From assembly GCA_044222185.1 (NCBI GenBank), contig JBGANV010000012.1:77661-141660 (forward strand): a DNA stretch of 64,000 bases, written 5' to 3'. The notes below the pieces were generated by a model that ran no database searches, was not told the DNA's origin, and was given only the letters and a program-made list of their open reading frames with translations. Both the position numbers and the translations under genes were made by a program. The first letter of the stretch is position 1, and the number at the start of each line of letters is the position of its first letter. The stretch is from Planctomycetota bacterium (lineage in GTDB: Bacteria; Planctomycetota; GCA-002687715; CAIWVZ01). Of the stretch, positions 10,701 through 18,876 are shown piece by piece.

Positions 10701-11169
10701 CCGCGGTGGCACGAACTCCATCACGGTGACGGGCAACTCGACGCTCACGAGCTGCCAGTTCACGTCGGTGAACGCGCCGACGATCGTGGCGGGGTCGACG
10801 CACAACGCCGTTCCAGGCTTGATGCCCGACCTGCAGATGCCGGAGCTCAGCTCGATCGGCTCGCAGGTCACGGCAAACGTGCAGTCGTTCGGGAGCTCGC
10901 TCTGGTTGCTCGCGCTGCAGACGCAGTTCGACTACCTGCGGCTCGAGCCCGCGGTCGACATGGTCGTCATGATCAACCCGTTCTCGCCCACGTTCACGGT
11001 GATGACCTCGGCCGTCTCCGACCTCGCCGGCAACGGCAGCTTCACGTTCTTCGTGACGCAGGACGGGAGCCTGCTCGGGGCATCGTTCGTGTTCCAGGTC
11101 GCTGCGTTCAACATCGCGGGCGGAGCGCCTCGCGTGTCGAACGCCGTCTCGGTCACGCTGACGCCGTGA
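4735..11169 (+). CDS. Giant (2144 aa) secreted beta-helix/adhesin-like repeat protein with Ig/Fn3-like module, pectin-lyase-like beta-helix and C-terminal sorting-like module
   Basis: ATG 4735 with GGAG at 4725-4728; signal peptide ...SALG|Q; WTGTVSTNWDTAGNW N-terminal motif; seven ~205-215 aa repeats (I.C.GNW....F.P..GTVTF.G); TIQAAV...IRVSPGTY beta-helix start; very rich in T/G/S/V/N/A. Confidence 0.9.
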   Translation: MTARSVRGVLQSPGSAWSRPIAGLVLAVLLTSASALGQATWTGTVSTNWDTAGNWSTNAIPSSTTDVTINQLAGPTPNYPSTLNAATPTCRNLTVNAGATLTITLLHDVRADGSVTNSGTISGVGGILMTGTLAATLGAGNYGSVTIQKTGAASVTTSGVVNVATAMVVTSGTLNVNSTLHVLSSGVATFSGGTVSGNSAGLLDCDGNVAWSGATCTTPPSAISCAGNWTADVNFNPGSGTVTFDGAGAAQTISASGANARFSALTIGTVSVTNVGFSSPVLVAGTLSIQGTFSASGAGTLDCNGTATVLNGGAFNTGAASHTFASSLTVSGTIGGTGTFVFDGTSNASVVGAVNPASALKNVTCAKSTTSILTFTSPLTMNGQFTVTSGQVAFGNVTVNGNAAFNGGSVSGGTLTVNGNVNFAGTAATSTLSIDCNGNWTSDSGFAPTGGTVSFIGGGTKTVTGTNVAFANLNITGGTTVNVNVPIAVQVSLTSQGTVNANAVFDVNGSANFSAGTFNAGNFTHTFATSLTIANTTLNATGTFQFDGFSTGSVSSTANLPNVVVVKNGGAGFSMTGTTVIDGVLTLNSGVLTGQTVNVINNHDAIFAGGIYDGSNQMSVSGNVNFSGSLCNQVGSLVVTGNWTANAFFAPVSGLVTFTGSPRQISGTAAKFNDLVINAGATVSTFLPVFVGGTLTVAGFFQVNNALDSNGNVTVTTSGNLQLGSATHSMGASLAVNGQMSSTGPFVFDSASAGTVAGSASQTLQLPSVTVAKFPGVSLTLNGNLAINGSLALTSGVLIVAGTNSVSGTATFTAGQLIDANPVFGSVGTLNVASHVVFNGALSNTPPNITCGGDLTVHPSFSPNIGTVTMNSVVPRQIVGSTARFKNLTIASTSTITTALDVLVRADLTVAGGLTIAGALTVDGNCNVTGGLFPGAAVHRFRTSFIVAAPGGILNASPGASFILEGPNTATFRVNSVWTSPPVAIAKSTNASVSIDAATNVNGGFTLTSGNLTVSQPVTVTGNSAFHGGTASFTALFASGGVTFDGCFCTGTANVQCSGDWNANLGFNPAAGTVTFAGTGTRTVTGSALFFQNVVIQGGTSITTNQDLHIRGDLSVGGFSQLTTTAVLDLDGDLTAAALSTLALGNQTHTFGGSFTTIGFVSAPGGTFVFDGTNNSSSPIPLISSTLSSFPNVIITKVGSIVLNPVATPQAPLVISGTLTVQQGIVSIAALVSVSSNALFNGGLLTGNGTLDVAGNVVFDGTSVSNSPNINCAGNWTAHPNFTGTSGVVTFTGAALQTIIGSSAAFGSVVLAPGASVSTNLDLTVGGSFALSGGASPATPTSFTTTASVNIRGAVTVATNANFALGSSTLHRFGGAFANSGNMTASGRFTFDGTGTVTSTSQLPETVVAGTSVTLSALPLTALNVNGPLSLTAGFLTVAGTLGVTSAGNAVLTGGEIQGTNSLLTVNGDVLVNGTIAQTPPRIICRGNWSSSPTFDPAVGTVELRGTVLTTVSSTVPALPVNFHDLEIHEGLRRFTTPVQATGATILLQSNAALNIASGGSLKCFGVTFTANGNLQIDGGGQLQLDGASSVSVNPSGALRLLGSASALASIDGIGGGGYSFTVSGLLEAQHFIIRRPGANGFVITANALIGTTPLDFRNGTFDFPKNTIGATLLTVTRNNPTTFASLTFQNSNNSVGTFNVTDTTGSFVTMQNATGAFSGPAFESDPNNLVSWTSSTLTTLASFTATPGPNQVTVSWTTIVESGVTSYALERATSIGGPFVLSVNLPTTGVGHTYTRVEPALLPGQQYFWRLNEVIGVTPTVLGTISATPFSAAPPANLLTVSSGGPFTTIQAAVTAATLPNTVIRVSPGTYPSFTVNNPPVGLLKIVGNGGIVNIGTAAGPVTISNVGVNSQVELSDFAIDPLGGSVNTGLLVSNCAGVVVLDEMSVQGAAGQPGVRVTGSPKVAIQRSQLNGTQGLRLEANSIVYASRGGTNSITVTGNSTLTSCQFTSVNAPTIVAGSTHNAVPGLMPDLQMPELSSIGSQVTANVQSFGSSLWLLALQTQFDYLRLEPAVDMVVMINPFSPTFTVMTSAVSDLAGNGSFTFFVTQDGSLLGASFVFQVAAFNIAGGAPRVSNAVSVTLTP

Positions 11170-11173
11170 AATC

Positions 11174-11252
11174 GCACCGGCGCGCCGAGGGGAATGTCGG
11201 CGCGCCGGGTGCGGACGATGCTGCGGTCGCAGGTCAGGGGGGCCTGCGACCG
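11174..11252. terminator. Two GC-rich hairpins between convergent genes (probable bidirectional terminator region)
   Basis: ccggcgcgccga/tcggcgcgccgg and gcggtcgcagg/cctgcgaccgc inverted repeats; no U-tract. Confidence 0.55.
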
Positions 11253-11260
11253 CGGCCTCG

Positions 11261-12589
11261 TCACGGAGTGTTCAGGTTCCAGACCATGTCGGAGGCCGAC
11301 ACGCAGCCGTAGCCGGGCACGAGGCTCGGGTTCACGAGCGGGAGCTGGTTCTGGAGATCGATGAAGGCGGTCGACGGGCTCGCGATCGTTCCGCAGCCGG
11401 GAGTGCCCGAGAATGGCACGCCGAAGACGGCCGAGATCCCGGCGCCGACGGCCACGTGGATCGGCCACTGCGCGGCCGAGCACGGGTCGGTGTAACTGAT
11501 CACGCTGAAGTAGCTCGTGAGGTGGCCGGACCACGGGTACCGCGTCAGGCCGCCCCACGTTCCGATGTTGTGCGCGATCATTCCGGTCGCGGCGACGGGC
11601 GTTCCGGCGATCGGCACGGAGTTGAACGGCCACGAGACCGCCGGTGGGCAGCAGACGCCGCCGGTGAGGGTCTGGTTCTCGTAGCAGACCTGACCGGCGC
11701 AGGTCGTCGCTCCCGTGGTGCAGATGTTCGTTCCGACGGCGCACAGGCACCCGGCGTTCGACGTCGTCGTCAACGAGCTGCCGAACGTGTTCACCTTGCC
11801 TTCCGTGCTGCACGCATAGAAGAACGCGGGGATCAGGCGAAGCATCGAGGGTCGCACGGCGTCGCCGATCAGCGGGCCCTGTGGCGCCAGGCCGATGCCG
11901 AAGTTGAACGGGGCCGGGCCAACGAGGTGGTAGCTCGTGCCGTTGTGGGCGACGTTCCCCGACAGGGGGACGCACGACCACGGCGCATGGCAGATGCAGC
12001 CCTGGTTGTGGTTCAGGCTGATGACTGCGTTGAACGGGTTGGTGGAACTCGTCGGGTCGCAGGCGTAGTCGATGTGGCCGTCGAAGTGGACGGGGAGGGG
12101 CGGCGTCGCGTACGCGCATGCCGGCAGGTTCGACGCGCACGGCCCGGCAGTCCCGAGCGGCGTGCATTGGAGGTCACCATTGACGAGGAATCGCCACACC
12201 TGGCCGGCGAGGCCCGATGGCGCGACGTCGAGCCACGTGCGGGCGTACTTCGCAAAGAGGTTCCCCGTGATCGTGTGGCCGCCGGTCGACGCGCTGCTCG
12301 GCAGGAACGTGGCGCTCACGGGAATGATGGCGAAGTCGCACAGCACCATGATCGGCGGGCTGATCTGCACGTTGACGAGGTTTTGGGCAGAGACGGTGCA
12401 TCCGGTGAACCGCGCGTAGTTCGCCGTCATCGTCACGGCCGGGAACGGTGGGATGTTGGTTGTGGGGATCCCGCAGCATCCGGTGTCGAATCCGTCATCG
12501 CCGATCGCGCAGCCCTGGGCGTGGACCGAGGGCGCGATCGCCATGAAAGCCGCAACCGCGGCCGCGAGTGTCAAGTTCGATCGGGACAT
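11261..12589 (-). CDS. Cysteine-rich secreted protein of unknown function
   Basis: ATG 12589 (MSRSNLTLAAAVAAFMAIAPSVHA|Q) with GGAAGGAA RBS; more than 20 Cys including CC and CxC pairs. Confidence 0.85.
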   Translation of the reverse strand: MSRSNLTLAAAVAAFMAIAPSVHAQGCAIGDDGFDTGCCGIPTTNIPPFPAVTMTANYARFTGCTVSAQNLVNVQISPPIMVLCDFAIIPVSATFLPSSASTGGHTITGNLFAKYARTWLDVAPSGLAGQVWRFLVNGDLQCTPLGTAGPCASNLPACAYATPPLPVHFDGHIDYACDPTSSTNPFNAVISLNHNQGCICHAPWSCVPLSGNVAHNGTSYHLVGPAPFNFGIGLAPQGPLIGDAVRPSMLRLIPAFFYACSTEGKVNTFGSSLTTTSNAGCLCAVGTNICTTGATTCAGQVCYENQTLTGGVCCPPAVSWPFNSVPIAGTPVAATGMIAHNIGTWGGLTRYPWSGHLTSYFSVISYTDPCSAAQWPIHVAVGAGISAVFGVPFSGTPGCGTIASPSTAFIDLQNQLPLVNPSLVPGYGCVSASDMVWNLNTP

Positions 12590-12707
12590 GGTCGTTCCTT
12601 CCGGACGGCGGCTTCGGGCCGGTGTGGCGTGGCCCGGGGGGATGTCCGGTCGCCCGTCGTCCGTGGGTGAATGACGGGCGGGGCGGGAATTTGGACAAGA
12701 AGCGCGC

Positions 12708-12765
12708 CGGGAATTTCCGCGGGGTCGAACCCCCGCCGGTCCAGCCGCGCTGGATCGCGGCATTC
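12708..12765. repeat. 58-bp intergenic two-hairpin repeat, copy 1
   Basis: cgggaatttccgcggggtcgaacccccgccggtccagccgcgctggatcgcggcattc; 49/58 identical to copy 2 by manual alignment. Confidence 0.85.
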
Positions 12766-12900
12766 GACGAATCTGAAAACGGCGGGAGCGCCAGGCTCCA
12801 GCCTGGCCGGCTGGGCACGCACCAGCGTGCCCGGGCCCCGCCACAGCCGTTCGAGTGCACGAGGCCGCGCGTCCCGGAGTCATCGCCGGTCGCGGCCCGT

Positions 12901-12958
12901 CGGGAACCCCGGCGGGGTCGAACCCCCGCCGGGTCAGCCGCGCTGGCGCGCGGCGTTC
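12901..12958. repeat. 58-bp intergenic two-hairpin repeat, copy 2
   Basis: cgggaaccccggcggggtcgaacccccgccgggtcagccgcgctggcgcgcggcgttc; lies 7 bp downstream of the stop of the 12966-14081 gene. Confidence 0.85.
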
Positions 12959-12965
12959 AGAAGCC

Positions 12966-14081
12966 TCAGAACAGGAGGTAGTGCGCAGCCGTCAGAACGA
13001 CGGGCGAGCACGGACCCGACGTCTGATAGACGAGGCCCTGAATGGCGGCGAACAACCCGGCGGGCATGTTCGACGTCGAGAAGCTGAGGGTCGCCGTGCC
13101 GGCCGCGTTCAGGTGGCAGAGCGAGTTCAGGAGGCCAGGCTGAACGCCGTCGAACACGAGGTTGAGGCCACCGAGCCCGATGTCGACGAATCCGATGCAG
13201 CCCGCGTTCAGGCTGAGCGGGGCCGGCGTGCTCGCGAAGAGCGCGAACGGCGCGTTCGCAGGACCGGACCACGTCATCGTGAGCGTTCCCGGCTGCGACA
13301 ACGTCTGGGCGAACGGTGCATTGCACGGATTGGTGCCCAGCCCGTTCACCAGCAGGCTGGCGGCGAGGCTGTTCGCTTGACCGTTCACCGGGCACGTTCC
13401 GACGACGACGACGTTGTCGACGAAGGCTGGAGAGGACACGGCCGTATCACCGCGGTTGCCGACGATGCAGATGAGGCGCAGCGCCATGCCGGAGACGTAG
13501 CCAGGCACCGACGACATCGAGATGACGGCGGTCTTGACGCCGGCGGGCGCAGGCTCCGAGCCGGCGAACGCGAGCGGCAACGTGACACCAGCGTTCGGGC
13601 ACGCCGGGGCCAACGTCGTGTGCGTGTCGACATAAACCACGTCCGCGAGCCAGACGGGCGTCGCCGGCGTGGTGACGTCATACAGCGACACTTGGAAGAA
13701 GTCGTTGTAGGTCGCCTGGTTGGCGCCTTCGTTGTTGAGCCACGTCCAATCGATGGACACGGTTGCAACCGGGCTACCGGCGCCGAAGTCCTGATAGATC
13801 CATCCGCCCATCAGCGCCGGAGGAGCGACCTGGCATCCCGAGGTGTACTGCGTGCCGCCAACCGCATCGAGCCGCGCATAGTTCAAGCCGTTCGACGGGA
13901 ACCCGTTCAACGCGGCAGTATCGACGGTGGACGACCCGCCACCGCCCTCGATCCACGCGCCCGAGAACGTCGTGCCGGCCGTCTGGCTCTCGAAACTGCC
14001 ATCGCTGAGCTGTGCGAACGTCGGTGCAACGAGAAGACCTGAGATGATCACCGCGGCAACGCGGCTGCTGAGCAACTTCAT
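12966..14081 (-). CDS. Secreted protein: jelly-roll/CBM-like N-domain plus C-terminal sorting-like module
   Basis: ATG 14081 with AGGAG RBS; signal ...PTFA|Q; LSDGSFE...FVDNV pattern typical of CBM-like sandwiches; C-terminal GQANS...IQGLV...VLTAAH. Confidence 0.85.
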   Translation of the reverse strand: MKLLSSRVAAVIISGLLVAPTFAQLSDGSFESQTAGTTFSGAWIEGGGGSSTVDTAALNGFPSNGLNYARLDAVGGTQYTSGCQVAPPALMGGWIYQDFGAGSPVATVSIDWTWLNNEGANQATYNDFFQVSLYDVTTPATPVWLADVVYVDTHTTLAPACPNAGVTLPLAFAGSEPAPAGVKTAVISMSSVPGYVSGMALRLICIVGNRGDTAVSSPAFVDNVVVVGTCPVNGQANSLAASLLVNGLGTNPCNAPFAQTLSQPGTLTMTWSGPANAPFALFASTPAPLSLNAGCIGFVDIGLGGLNLVFDGVQPGLLNSLCHLNAAGTATLSFSTSNMPAGLFAAIQGLVYQTSGPCSPVVLTAAHYLLF

Positions 14082-14369
14082 CGATTCACTCCTATTGGAA
14101 ACACTCTTCGGACTGACCGCGACTGCGCTTTCGCTCGCTGCGGGCGGACTACGGCAAGGTCCGGAGGGGCGGGATTCTACACGCGGGCGACCGGCTTGTG
14201 AACCGACGTCGCTTGGGGAACCGCGGGCCTGCGCCTCCCGCCGCCTTGGCCCGTCGCGCATGAGGGCTGGCCGGGCCCGAGTCGCAATTCACTCGGAATC
14301 AGGTACTTACCCACACGGTCCTGTGCGTCGATGTCGCCTGCCCGGCCTGCCTGCCGGCCCGACGCGCGT

Positions 14370-16403
14370 CTATGCGAGGCTCGCGACCTCGACGCGCGCG
14401 TCGTTGTAGGTGGCTCCTCCGGAGACGCGCGTCACGCATTGGTTGATCAACGCGTTGGCATTGGTCCGCGACGGACTGTTGCGGAGCCAGACACCCTTGG
14501 GGATGACGCAGACGCCCCGGCGCAGTCCCGGATCCGCGATCGCCCGCGCCCGGACCTCCCCGTCGTTGTTGAACACGCGAATGATGTCGCCGCTTGCGAA
14601 GCCACGATTGCGGAGGTCGTCCGGGTTCATGGCGCACGTGATCTCCGCGTCGTCCAAGTCGCCGAGAATGGAGTTGATGGTCTTCGCCGTCGCCGGAGAC
14701 AGGAGTGCAAACGGGAACTGCGGGGTCGTCCCTTCCGCCACGTACTCGTACACGTCGACCCCGCGACTCCGCCAGGCGGATGGATCCAGGTGGATCTTGC
14801 GATCGATGGTGAGCGGGAAACTGTTCACGAATTGGATCGGCCCCGGACGCGCGTCGAAGGTGACCGGCACGACGCCATCCCTCGCGAGGCGCGCAGCCGC
14901 ATCTGCCGGGAGGCCCTTGCACGACTTCAGATAGCGACCCGTCATGGAGTCGGGGCGCGTGTCGAAGTCGGGTCCCTCGAAGCCGAGTTTCTGCGCCAGC
15001 GCCGCGAAGATCTCCTGGTTCGATCTCGCCTCGCCGCGGGGCGCGACGACGGGGTCGACCCGCTGGACGATCATGGCGCCGTAGCCTTTGAGCAGCTCGT
15101 GCGATTCCAGGAACGTGGTGGCCGGCAGGATCACGTCGGCGAAGGCGCACGTGTCCGTCATCACTTGCTCGATGACGACGGTGAAGAGGTCATCGCGGAG
15201 GAATCCGCGGCGGACGGCCGTCTGACCCGGAGTCGACACGAGGGGGTTCGCGTTGTAGACGACGATGGCCTTCACGGGTGGTTTCGTCGCATGTCCCAGC
15301 GCGTTGCCGAGCTGTGACATGTTCACCGTGCGGACCGCCGGTGCGGGCGCCGAGAGGAGTGCGGACGTGTTCGCCTGGTATGCACCCGAGTTCGACAGCG
15401 TGTATCCGCCGCCGCGTATGCCGAACTTCCCGGCGAACGCCGGCACCGCGAGAACGGCCGCCATGGCGCCGTCGCCGTTGCGGTTGCGCTCGATCCCCCA
15501 GCCGATCCGCAGCAGGGCGGGGCTCGCCTCCAGGTAGAGATCGGCGAAACGATCGAGGTCGGCGGGTGGGATGCGGGTTTCGCGCGCGGCCAGATCCCGC
15601 GTCCACTTGCGGGCGTGGGCGAGGACGTGATCCGCTCCGAGCGCGTGCTCGCGGAGGAAGTCTCGAGCGAGCAGCCCGCGCCGCTCGGTCTCGCCGATGA
15701 GCCACAGCGCGAGGGCCAGGTCCGTCCCTGGCCACACGGCCAGGTGGAGATCGGACCGCTCGGCCACCGGCGTCCGCCGCGGGTCGACGACCACGATCTT
15801 CGCGCCGTTCTTTCGGGCAGCGTTCAGGTGCGGGACGATGTGGATGTTCGAGACGTTGGGGTTGCCGCCCCAGACGACGATGGTTTTCGCGAACTCGTAG
15901 TCCTCGAATCCGACGCCGGCCATCTTGCCGTACATCGCCGTCGCCGTTTCCGTCGCGGGCGCGGCGCACAGCGTGCGATCGAGGTCGGACGCGCCCAACC
16001 GTCGCCAGAGCGCTTCATCGATCCAATCATGCGCGAAGACACCGTTCGACCCGTCGTAGTGGTAGGGGAGGATCGCCTCGCCTCCGTGTTGATCCTTCAC
16101 CTCGCGCAGCTTGGCCGCGACGAGTGTGAGAGCTTCGTCCCAACCGATGGGCTCGAATCGCCCCTCGCCCTTCGGGCCTGAACGTCGCAGCGGGGTGAGG
16201 ATTCGATCGTCGCCGTTCACCCGCGCCGGGTAATGCGTCATCTTCGCGCACATGAATCCGCCGGTCATCGGGTTGTGTGCCGAGCCGCGAAGTGCCGTCA
16301 CTCGGTCGCCGTCGACCTTCGCTTCGAGGCTGCACGCGTCTGGGCAATCCATCGGGCAGGCAGTCCGGACCCACCCGTCACTCGTCCTCGTCGTTGAAGT
16401 CAT
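14370..16403 (-). CDS. Molybdopterin (bis-MGD) oxidoreductase catalytic subunit, cytoplasmic, uncharacterised subfamily
   Basis: CPMDCPDAC...C [4Fe-4S] motif, RILTPLRR, IVVWGGNP, VVVDPRRT, PGTDLALAL, ADVILPATTFLE, C-terminal MNPDD...G...GD domain; no Tat signal. Confidence 0.92.
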   Translation of the reverse strand: MTSTTRTSDGWVRTACPMDCPDACSLEAKVDGDRVTALRGSAHNPMTGGFMCAKMTHYPARVNGDDRILTPLRRSGPKGEGRFEPIGWDEALTLVAAKLREVKDQHGGEAILPYHYDGSNGVFAHDWIDEALWRRLGASDLDRTLCAAPATETATAMYGKMAGVGFEDYEFAKTIVVWGGNPNVSNIHIVPHLNAARKNGAKIVVVDPRRTPVAERSDLHLAVWPGTDLALALWLIGETERRGLLARDFLREHALGADHVLAHARKWTRDLAARETRIPPADLDRFADLYLEASPALLRIGWGIERNRNGDGAMAAVLAVPAFAGKFGIRGGGYTLSNSGAYQANTSALLSAPAPAVRTVNMSQLGNALGHATKPPVKAIVVYNANPLVSTPGQTAVRRGFLRDDLFTVVIEQVMTDTCAFADVILPATTFLESHELLKGYGAMIVQRVDPVVAPRGEARSNQEIFAALAQKLGFEGPDFDTRPDSMTGRYLKSCKGLPADAAARLARDGVVPVTFDARPGPIQFVNSFPLTIDRKIHLDPSAWRSRGVDVYEYVAEGTTPQFPFALLSPATAKTINSILGDLDDAEITCAMNPDDLRNRGFASGDIIRVFNNDGEVRARAIADPGLRRGVCVIPKGVWLRNSPSRTNANALINQCVTRVSGGATYNDARVEVASLA

Positions 16404-16601
16404 GGCAGGGCGCAGCTTATCCGCTCGCGCCCTTTGCGTCCCGGCATTGTGGCTGAGGAACGGGTCTGTTCCTTCGCGAGCACGTTTGGCGCGCATTTGC
16501 GCCGAGTCTCCGGCGATGCGCTCGGGGTATGCTCACCCGACGGCCGGACCTCGCACCCTCGAAGTTCGTGCGAAGGCCGAGTCGCGAGACGCACACGACC
16601 C

Positions 16602-17675
16602 ATGGCCAAGCAGTTTCACCGGGTGTCGGCATTCCTCATTCTGGCCGCTTCCTCGCTCGCACAGACGACTGATGTCTTCATCCCCGATGCCAGCTCATCC
16701 TCCGGCGTCGTCGGGAACGTGATCCCGTTCTCCCCGAGCTTCGGGGCGACCCCCGGATCCATGACTCACCTCGTCATCATTCCGGCAGCGCGACTTCAGC
16801 TGGCTGGCGTGCATGCGGGCGACCACCTCGTCGACATCAAGCTCGCGCCGATCGGGACCGGCGTCGCGCAGGCACCCGTGTTCCGCATGATCGTGGGACA
16901 CGTCCAGGATCCGTACTCGTCCATGGGGTTCCTCGACTCGTTCCTCGACTTCGACATCCTGTACGACACGCTGATGGCGGGACCCTTCCGCTGGCATGCG
17001 ACCGCGGACGCGTGGTCGTCTCTCGGAGTCGGCGGCGGCGGGTTCGCGTGGGACGGCGTACACGACGTCGGTCTCTACACGACTCACGCCGGCATGACGG
17101 TCTCGAGCACCACGGGGTGGACTGGTGCGTGCTGGCGCGAGAGCACGCTGTTTCGCAAGTGGTCGAGCGGCTACGAGACGATCACCGCCACCAACCTGCT
17201 CCAGAACGGACTGAAGATGGGGCTCCGTTTCGCGGACTCGGCGACGGCCTCGGCCTCCGTCGGGTGGTACGGCCAGGGGACGTCGGGCCTGCTGGGCATC
17301 CCGCAGATGCTGATTCCCCAGGCCCCGACGTTCGGCAACCCGAGCTTCTCCGTCGGCCTCGCGAACGCGTGGCCAGGATCTCTCGCGATGCTCGTCGTCT
17401 CGTCCCGGGCCGGCAATCAACCGATCGGCCTGTACGCGGACGTACGCCTGCTCGTCGACGTCTCGTCGACCGCGACCGTATTCATCGAGCCCCGTCCCGT
17501 GTCCGCCTCGGGCTCGGTGTACTTGACCGTTCCGGTCCCTTCCTGGGATCCAAATCTGCTCGGATTGCCGATCCACGCTCAGTGGATCGTCGCCGGTGAT
17601 CCGGGCGCGCCGGCCACCATCTACGGCGTTTCGCTCGCGCTTTCGTCGGGCGTCACGCTCACCCCCGGCGTTTGA
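16602..17675 (+). CDS. Secreted protein with C-terminal sorting-like module
   Basis: MAKQFHRVSAFLILAASSLA|Q; C-terminal YGQG...PTFGN...VPVP..DPNLLG...HAQWIV..DPGA...LSSGVTL. Confidence 0.85.
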   Translation: MAKQFHRVSAFLILAASSLAQTTDVFIPDASSSSGVVGNVIPFSPSFGATPGSMTHLVIIPAARLQLAGVHAGDHLVDIKLAPIGTGVAQAPVFRMIVGHVQDPYSSMGFLDSFLDFDILYDTLMAGPFRWHATADAWSSLGVGGGGFAWDGVHDVGLYTTHAGMTVSSTTGWTGACWRESTLFRKWSSGYETITATNLLQNGLKMGLRFADSATASASVGWYGQGTSGLLGIPQMLIPQAPTFGNPSFSVGLANAWPGSLAMLVVSSRAGNQPIGLYADVRLLVDVSSTATVFIEPRPVSASGSVYLTVPVPSWDPNLLGLPIHAQWIVAGDPGAPATIYGVSLALSSGVTLTPGV

Positions 17676-17679
17676 CGGC

Positions 17680-17709
17680 CCGGGCGCCGGCGGAAGGGTC
17701 GGCGCCCGG
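17680..17709. terminator. GC-rich hairpin between convergent genes
   Basis: ccgggcgccg / cggcgcccgg inverted repeat 5 bp after the stop at 17675. Confidence 0.5.
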
Positions 17710-17718
17710 TTCTGGCGG

Positions 17719-18735
17719 TCAGACCTTCTGGACCCAGCCGCGCGTGTCCTTCACCGCACCGAGCTGAATGGCCTGGAGGCGGCGGCGGATCTCGGTCGAG
17801 ACGGGGAAGCCGCCGCGCGGAAGGTCGCGGTAGCTCCCATCGTGGAAGATGCTTGCGACGGGTCCGACGACGACGGCCGTCCCGCACAGGAACAACTCGC
17901 TGCCGTTCGAGAGCACCTCGGCGAGGGGAAGGTCGCGCTCCTCGACCTTCAGCTTCATGTCGTCACGGGCGACGGTGATGATGCTGTCGCGCGTGACGCC
18001 CGGCAGGATCGTCCCCGAAAGCGGCGGCGTCACGACGGTGCCGTTCTTCATGATGGCGAACACGTTGCTGCTCGCGGACTCCTCGATGTTCGCGTGCTGG
18101 CGTGCATCCAGGTAGAGGGCTTCGTCGTCGCCGGCTTCATGCACCAGGCGGCGCGCGCGCAGCGTGGATGCGTAGTTGGCCGAGCACTTGGCGTTGCCGA
18201 GCCCGCCCGGCGGGACGCGCGCGCCTTCCTGAACTCTGACGCGCAGGCCTCGCGGCGTTTCGTTCGGCTGGTTCGAGAAGTAGTTGCCGACCGGCGAGGC
18301 GAATACGTGGAAGCGGCAATGGCGACCTGCGCTCACGCCGAGGATCGGCTCGACGCCGAAGGCGATCGGACGGAGGTACAGGCTGCCTTCGACGGAGGGC
18401 GGGACGTCGGCGAGGCAGCTGCGAGTCACTTCGCGACACGCACGCAGGAACATCTCGACCGTCGGTGCGGCGAGGCCGAGGACCTCGCACGAGTTGCGCA
18501 GACGTTCGGCGTTGCGGTCGGGACGAAACAACGCGACTGATTCGTCCGGCTGGCGGAAGGCCTTCAACCCTTCGAAGCACGAGACCCCGTAGCTGAGAAC
18601 GGCGGCGGCCGGGTGGAGGAGGAAGCTCGCCACGTCGACGAGTGCTCCTTCGTCGAACGCCGGCGTGCGTCCCGCGTCACCATGAGCGACGAACATCCGC
18701 CCGCTGGGCTGGAAGGTGAAGCCTTTGCTTGCCAT
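17719..18735 (-). CDS. ilvE: Branched-chain amino acid aminotransferase (PLP fold IV)
   Basis: LSYGVSCFEGLKAFR, LFRPDRNAERL, SLYLRP, AKCSANY (PLP Lys), EESASSNVF, ILPGVTRDS, ELFLCGTA. Confidence 0.93.
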   Translation of the reverse strand: MASKGFTFQPSGRMFVAHGDAGRTPAFDEGALVDVASFLLHPAAAVLSYGVSCFEGLKAFRQPDESVALFRPDRNAERLRNSCEVLGLAAPTVEMFLRACREVTRSCLADVPPSVEGSLYLRPIAFGVEPILGVSAGRHCRFHVFASPVGNYFSNQPNETPRGLRVRVQEGARVPPGGLGNAKCSANYASTLRARRLVHEAGDDEALYLDARQHANIEESASSNVFAIMKNGTVVTPPLSGTILPGVTRDSIITVARDDMKLKVEERDLPLAEVLSNGSELFLCGTAVVVGPVASIFHDGSYRDLPRGGFPVSTEIRRRLQAIQLGAVKDTRGWVQKV

Positions 18736-18876
18736 GGGGGCGAGGATACGTCACGGCTTCCCACTTGGGAACCGCGACGCGGCGCCTGTTTCCCCGTCGC
18801 ATCGTCGTCTCACGAGGGCGAATGTCCTGGTGCCATCGCAAGTCATGGGGCCAGGCCGGTGTATCCTGCGACTTCC

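Noticed and set aside
4735-11169. Classical autotransporter or two-partner secretion adhesin
   Set aside because: No C-terminal beta-barrel ending in an aromatic residue, no TPS domain and no TpsB neighbour.
11261-12589. Multiheme cytochrome or RiPP precursor
   Set aside because: No CxxCH motifs and no adjacent maturation enzymes.
12708-12958. Possible tRNA or CRISPR array (GTTCGA loop, repeated unit)
   Set aside because: No cloverleaf, anticodon arm or acceptor stem; only two 58-bp copies with a 135-bp spacer and no cas genes.
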